DNA of 64,000 nucleotides from a bacterium. Lineage in GTDB: Bacteria > Patescibacteriota > Microgenomatia > Levybacterales > UBA12049. The stretch covers positions 134,519-198,518 of the forward strand of contig JAKALS010000001.1 in assembly GCA_021813145.1 (NCBI GenBank), read 5' to 3'. The position numbers and the translations under genes are program-made. Positions 60,259 through 64,000 of this stretch are shown here, one piece after another (the stretch's first letter is position 1; each line of letters opens with the position of its first letter). The notes beneath the pieces were generated by a model. The model saw nothing but the letters and a program-made list of their open reading frames with translations. It was not told where the DNA came from and did not search any database.

Positions 60259-60595
60259 TAATATTGCCTAAAACCCCGTTTATAAAAGCGGGACTTGTAT
60301 CTCCTCCGTATTCCTTTGCCAGCTCTACGGCTTCGTCTACAATTACTTTGGGCGGATTTATTTTCTCAATCAATAGTTCGTAAACGGCAAGCCGTAAAAT
60401 TGCCAAATCGACTCTATTTATTTTTTCTATCGGAAACTCCGGAGCAGATTTTTCAATACTTTTGTCGATAAAGTCCTTATTTTCAATAATAAGCTTTGTT
60501 TCGTTTGAAACTCTTTGCCTATGAAATTCGACTTTAAAAAGGTCCTCTACTAATTTTTGCCTCTTTTTGTGTCGCGGGTCAAGAGGATTTTTCAT
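60236..60595 (-). CDS. nusB: Transcription antitermination factor NusB
   Basis: Small helical protein with ...[15 protein letters not shown]...[24 protein letters not shown]. Confidence 0.75.
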   Translation of the reverse strand: MKNPLDPRHKKRQKLVEDLFKVEFHRQRVSNETKLIIENKDFIDKSIEKSAPEFPIEKINRVDLAILRLAVYELLIEKINPPKVIVDEAVELAKEYGGDTSPAFINGVLGNIIDYGKNS

Positions 60596-60819
60596 GCCGT
60601 ATTCTCTTCAGATTTTATTTTCTCTTTTTTATCTCTCCTTTTTGTCATGTTGATTACCTCTTTTCCTTTATAGAATCCGCAATTTCTGCAGATTGTATGA
60701 GGTAAAACAGGAGTTCCGCAATTTGAGCAAAGCACGGTTTCTCTCACAGATAGTCGTATTGCGGCTCTTCTTTTCCCCTGCCTTGCTCTTGAATGACGTT
60801 TTTTAGGTTCTTGTGGCAT
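60592..60819 (-). CDS. rpmF: 50S ribosomal protein L32 (zinc-ribbon type)
   Basis: ...[41 protein letters not shown] parallels B. subtilis L32 [40 protein letters not shown]. Confidence 0.75.
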   Translation of the reverse strand: MPQEPKKRHSRARQGKRRAAIRLSVRETVLCSNCGTPVLPHTICRNCGFYKGKEVINMTKRRDKKEKIKSEENTA

Positions 60820-60906
60820 AATTCAGTTCTTGGTTCCTTCTAATCAGGAAACAAAGAACGTTAACTCCTATATTTTACTTTATTTAGCCTTTGCTTGCAA
60901 TACTTT

Positions 60907-62931
60907 TTAGTCGGGTGATATGTGTTTTGAGGATTCAGCTTCAATTTTTTCATTAAGAATCGGATACTTATCAAGATTTTCAAACATATCTTTTGCCTCA
61001 TTTCTGGCTTTTTCTATAAGTGAAATATCCGAAAAATCGGCAATCTTAAGACTATATCTTCCGTGCTGGTTTGTTCCGGTTATTTCTCCGGGTCCCCGCA
61101 GTTTCAGGTCCAGCTCTGCAAGCTCTGCTCCTATGAATATTGTTTCCATCGACTTGAGTCTTCTTATGGTTTTTTCGTTCTTTGCCTCTGTAAATAGCAA
61201 GCAATAAGACTGTTTTTCTCCTCTCCCGACCCTCCCTCTTAACTGATGAAGCTGGGCAAGTCCGAATCTCTCCGAGGCTTCTATCATTATTATCGTTGCG
61301 TTAGGAAAATCTATTCCGACCTCTACAACAGGAGTAGCTACAAGAATATCCACCTTTTTATCTTCGAAATCTTTCAGAATTTTTTCTTTTTCGTCTTTCT
61401 TCATCTTTCCATGCAAAAGACCCAGATTAAGACTTCCAAATATTTCTTTAAGTCTTTCAAATTCTTTTGTTGCCGCTTTAACGGTTGTCATATTTTCCGA
61501 TTCCTCTATAAAAGGGCAGATTATAAAAGCTTGGCTGTTGTTTAGTTTTATTTCTTTTTCTATCCATCCGTAGGCTCCGTCCCGTTTTTGGGGAGGCACG
61601 AGCCAGGTTTTTACTTTTTTTCTTCCCACAGGCATTTCATCCAAAAGAGTAAGGTCTAAATCTCCGTAAACGGTAAGGGCAACAGTTCTTGGAATCGGGG
61701 TTGCGGTCATGGATAAAAGATGGGGATTTTTTCCTTTGTTTCTTATTGCACTTCTCTGCTCAACTCCGAATCTTTGCTGCTCGTCTATTACAACCAGCCC
61801 AAGATTTTTGAATTTTATTTTAGGAGAAATTATGGCATGAGTCCCAATCAATAAATCTGTATTCCATTTTCCATTTTCGCTTGATCTAGTTGAGGAAGTT
61901 ACTAATCCTATTTTGAGTCCCAGCGGCGAAAGAAGCTTCGAGAGTGTTTTGTAGTGTTGTTGTGCAAGAATCTCTGTAGGGGCCATGAACGCCGATTGAT
62001 AACCGTTAAGATAGGTAAGGTAAATTGCTGCCGCTGCTACAACAGTCTTACCGCTTCCTACTTCCCCCTCCAAAAGCCTGTTCATTGCTTTTCCGCAGGA
62101 CATATCACCGAAAATTTCTTTTATGGCTTTTTTCTGCGCATTTGTCAACTCAAAAGGCAATGATTTTATAAAGTTCTCCATCGCCGTTCTATGTTTTTCG
62201 GCTTCGAACTTATTTCCCGGACCTGTTTCTTCCCATTCCCGTCTTTTTTTAAGGGTTGTCAGTTGGAGCAGAAAAAGTTCATCAAAAGATAATCTTCTTC
62301 GCGCATTCTCTGCCTGCTCTATAGAATCAGGAAAATGTATCTTATCTATTGCTTCTTCAAGGTCCATAAGATTTTCCCGTTTCCGAATCTCTTCCGGCAA
62401 GAATTCTTCAAACTGTCCTTTTTTTTCTTCAAGAATTTTATATACCTGACGCCTTAGCCATTTTGAAGAAACACCTCTTGTTTCCGGGTAAACAGGCACA
62501 AGCCTTCCAGTATGAATCGTTTTGTTTTGGAAGACTATTTCATAATCCGGGGAAATGAGAGTAAGTTTATTTCCGAAAAAATCCGCTTTTCCGGATAAAG
62601 AAACTTCATCTCCTTTTTTAATAGTATTTAGTATAAAGGGCTGATTAAACCATATTGCATTTATTTCACCCGTGTCGTCTCCTATTTTTGCTTTTTGAAT
62701 TCTTTTCCTGTTTCTTGTATATTCGTTTTTGATATCCAAAACCTCACCTCTTACCGTTACTTTTTCACCTGCCTGAACAACTCCTATTTTAGAGACGAGT
62801 GAATAGTCATCGTATCTGAAGGGTACGTGGAATAAAAAATCTTCTATTTTATAGATTTCAAGATTTTCAAGCCTTGAAGCATACATTTTGTAAGACCTTG
62901 AGGCCTCTCTTATCGGTGTTTGTAAATTCAT
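60907..62931 (-). CDS. recG: ATP-dependent DNA helicase RecG
   Basis: Wedge domain plus SF2 helicase; ...LLEGEVGSGKTVVAAAAI... Walker A, VIDEQQRFGV (DEQH), and the ...LHQLRGRVGRG motif VI. Confidence 0.9.
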   Translation of the reverse strand: MNLQTPIREASRSYKMYASRLENLEIYKIEDFLFHVPFRYDDYSLVSKIGVVQAGEKVTVRGEVLDIKNEYTRNRKRIQKAKIGDDTGEINAIWFNQPFILNTIKKGDEVSLSGKADFFGNKLTLISPDYEIVFQNKTIHTGRLVPVYPETRGVSSKWLRRQVYKILEEKKGQFEEFLPEEIRKRENLMDLEEAIDKIHFPDSIEQAENARRRLSFDELFLLQLTTLKKRREWEETGPGNKFEAEKHRTAMENFIKSLPFELTNAQKKAIKEIFGDMSCGKAMNRLLEGEVGSGKTVVAAAAIYLTYLNGYQSAFMAPTEILAQQHYKTLSKLLSPLGLKIGLVTSSTRSSENGKWNTDLLIGTHAIISPKIKFKNLGLVVIDEQQRFGVEQRSAIRNKGKNPHLLSMTATPIPRTVALTVYGDLDLTLLDEMPVGRKKVKTWLVPPQKRDGAYGWIEKEIKLNNSQAFIICPFIEESENMTTVKAATKEFERLKEIFGSLNLGLLHGKMKKDEKEKILKDFEDKKVDILVATPVVEVGIDFPNATIIMIEASERFGLAQLHQLRGRVGRGEKQSYCLLFTEAKNEKTIRRLKSMETIFIGAELAELDLKLRGPGEITGTNQHGRYSLKIADFSDISLIEKARNEAKDMFENLDKYPILNEKIEAESSKHISPD

Positions 62932-62940
62932 ATTTTTATT

Positions 62941-63048
62941 TTATTGCGGAGTAGGAAGAAAAGCGAGAACAGATGTTGCAATAAGGGCCAAAGAAGCTAC
63001 GATTACTATTACTTTCCAAATCCACTGATGTTTTCTAAACAAATCCAT
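62941..63048 (-). CDS. Candidate 35-aa single-TM peptide between recG and tyrS
   Basis: MDLFRKHQWIWKVIVIVASLALIATSVLAFLPTPQ*; no clear SD. Confidence 0.25.
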   Translation of the reverse strand: MDLFRKHQWIWKVIVIVASLALIATSVLAFLPTPQ

Positions 63049-63060
63049 AAATTTATTTTA

Positions 63061-64000
63061 TTATTTTGAAGTTATTTTGACAACCCTTCTTTTACCTACT
63101 TTTAAGAAGAGTACTTTATCGAGTTTAATAAAATCGGCTGAATTTTCTATGAGTTTGTCGTTAATGCTGACTCCCCCCTGTTCTATCAATCTTTTAGCAT
63201 GGGAATTGCTATTTGCCATTTTCGTTTTTGTTAAAAGTTCTATTATCGGAAGTTCGCTTATATCAAAAGTAAAAAGCTCCGACTCTTGAGGTGTTTCTTT
63301 ATTTTGTACGGTTCTTTCAAACTTACCCTGTGCTTCATTTGCATCTTTTTCAGAATACAACTCTTTTACTATTTCAAATGCGAGGATTTTCTTTATATTA
63401 ATCGGGTTTTCGTTTTTCAGTCTTTCTTCGTATTCCTCTATTTTTCCTGCAGGAACATAGGTTACCAGGAGAAAATAAGTAATTATTAATCTGTCTTCAA
63501 TGGCCATAACTTTTGCGTAAATATCATCGGGTGTATCCTCCAGCCAAATCGCGTTTCCGTATGATTTGCTCATTTTCCTCCCGTCCGGGCCTTCAAGGAT
63601 AGGTGTTGTAAGAACAAATGACTCTTTATTCCGCAGGTCTTTTTGAAGAGTTCTCCCTGCCTGCATATTAAAGGTCTGGTCTGTTCCGCCCACTTGGATG
63701 TCGGTATCCATAAAATAGCTGTCGTATCCCTGCATAACCGGATACATAAATTCGTGAAGTCCAACTTTTTTTCCTTCACTAAGCCTTTTTTTAACAAGTT
63801 CTCTGCTTGTAAAATCTCCGGCAGAGAAATGCTGTGTGAGTTTTACTATATCTTCAAAAGAAAGTTTTTTAAGCCACTCGCTGTTAAACTTTACTTGTAC
63901 CTTTGAAAAATCCAAAATTTTTTCCGCCTGTTTTCTATATGTTCTAAAGTTTTCTTCTATTTCTTCTTTGCTCAAGCTTGGCCTTTCGGAATCCTTGTCG
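63061..64000 (-). CDS. tyrS: Tyrosine--tRNA ligase (C-terminal approximately 310 aa; N-terminus beyond the window)
   Basis: ...PVMQGYDSYFMDTDIQVGGTDQTFNMQAGRTL..., the KMSKS motif (GRKMSKSYGNAIWL), and the C-terminal S4-like domain ...HAKRLIEQGGVSINDKLI... The reading frame is open to the window edge. Confidence 0.8.
   Translation of the reverse strand, partial: DKDSERPSLSKEEIEENFRTYRKQAEKILDFSKVQVKFNSEWLKKLSFEDIVKLTQHFSAGDFTSRELVKKRLSEGKKVGLHEFMYPVMQGYDSYFMDTDIQVGGTDQTFNMQAGRTLQKDLRNKESFVLTTPILEGPDGRKMSKSYGNAIWLEDTPDDIYAKVMAIEDRLIITYFLLVTYVPAGKIEEYEERLKNENPINIKKILAFEIVKELYSEKDANEAQGKFERTVQNKETPQESELFTFDISELPIIELLTKTKMANSNSHAKRLIEQGGVSINDKLIENSADFIKLDKVLFLKVGKRRVVKITSK

Overview
This is a low-GC, gene-dense bacterial window, mostly coding. 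The compact genes, Cys-rich pilins, a type IV pilus locus with no secretin, and a membrane pyrophosphatase (HppA) suggest a Patescibacteria/CPR-like or other monoderm lineage, as inference. TGA is used as a normal stop codon.

Recognisable housekeeping genes include efp, yebC, greA, a Xer-type recombinase, folD, gyrA and gyrB (not adjacent), hppA, an HhH-GPD glycosylase, holB-like, trmD, rpsP, rnc, nusB, rpmF, recG and a tyrS fragment.

The largest coherent system is a type IV pilus/competence-type locus at about 43.0-58.4 kb. It runs pilB, pilT, pilC, pilA, two GT-C membrane glycosyltransferases, pilD, seven pilin or pseudopilin genes, then pilM, pilN and pilO. A GT2 plus PMT-like pair further upstream suggests a protein O-mannosylation route. 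Several pilin-like proteins carry Ser/Thr/Pro-rich tails.

The most unusual material:
- A ~6 kb island (34.9-40.8 kb) of small mixed-orientation ORFs holds three paralogs of a ~105-aa winged-helix-like protein plus partner small-protein families.
- A second set of locally duplicated unknown protein families (11.0-12.9 kb and 15.6-16.4 kb) sits next to a recombinase and a Tat-like secreted protein that is translationally coupled to greA.
- A secreted HNH nuclease is interrupted by one in-frame TGA exactly where a Trp is expected; it lies next to an orphan Cys-rich pilin.
- A 1 kb non-coding gap lies between convergent genes.
- A conserved ~35-nt AT-rich promoter module sits directly against the start codons of gyrA and pilT, and several other start codons sit leaderless-close to sigma70-like promoters.
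- A tandem DNA repeat makes an in-frame insertion in folD.
- An Lgt-like protein has substituted catalytic residues.
- Several small ORFs fall below the 60-aa track, including one with a hexaproline run co-resident with an Arg-type EF-P.

No rRNA, tRNA or CRISPR array could be supported.
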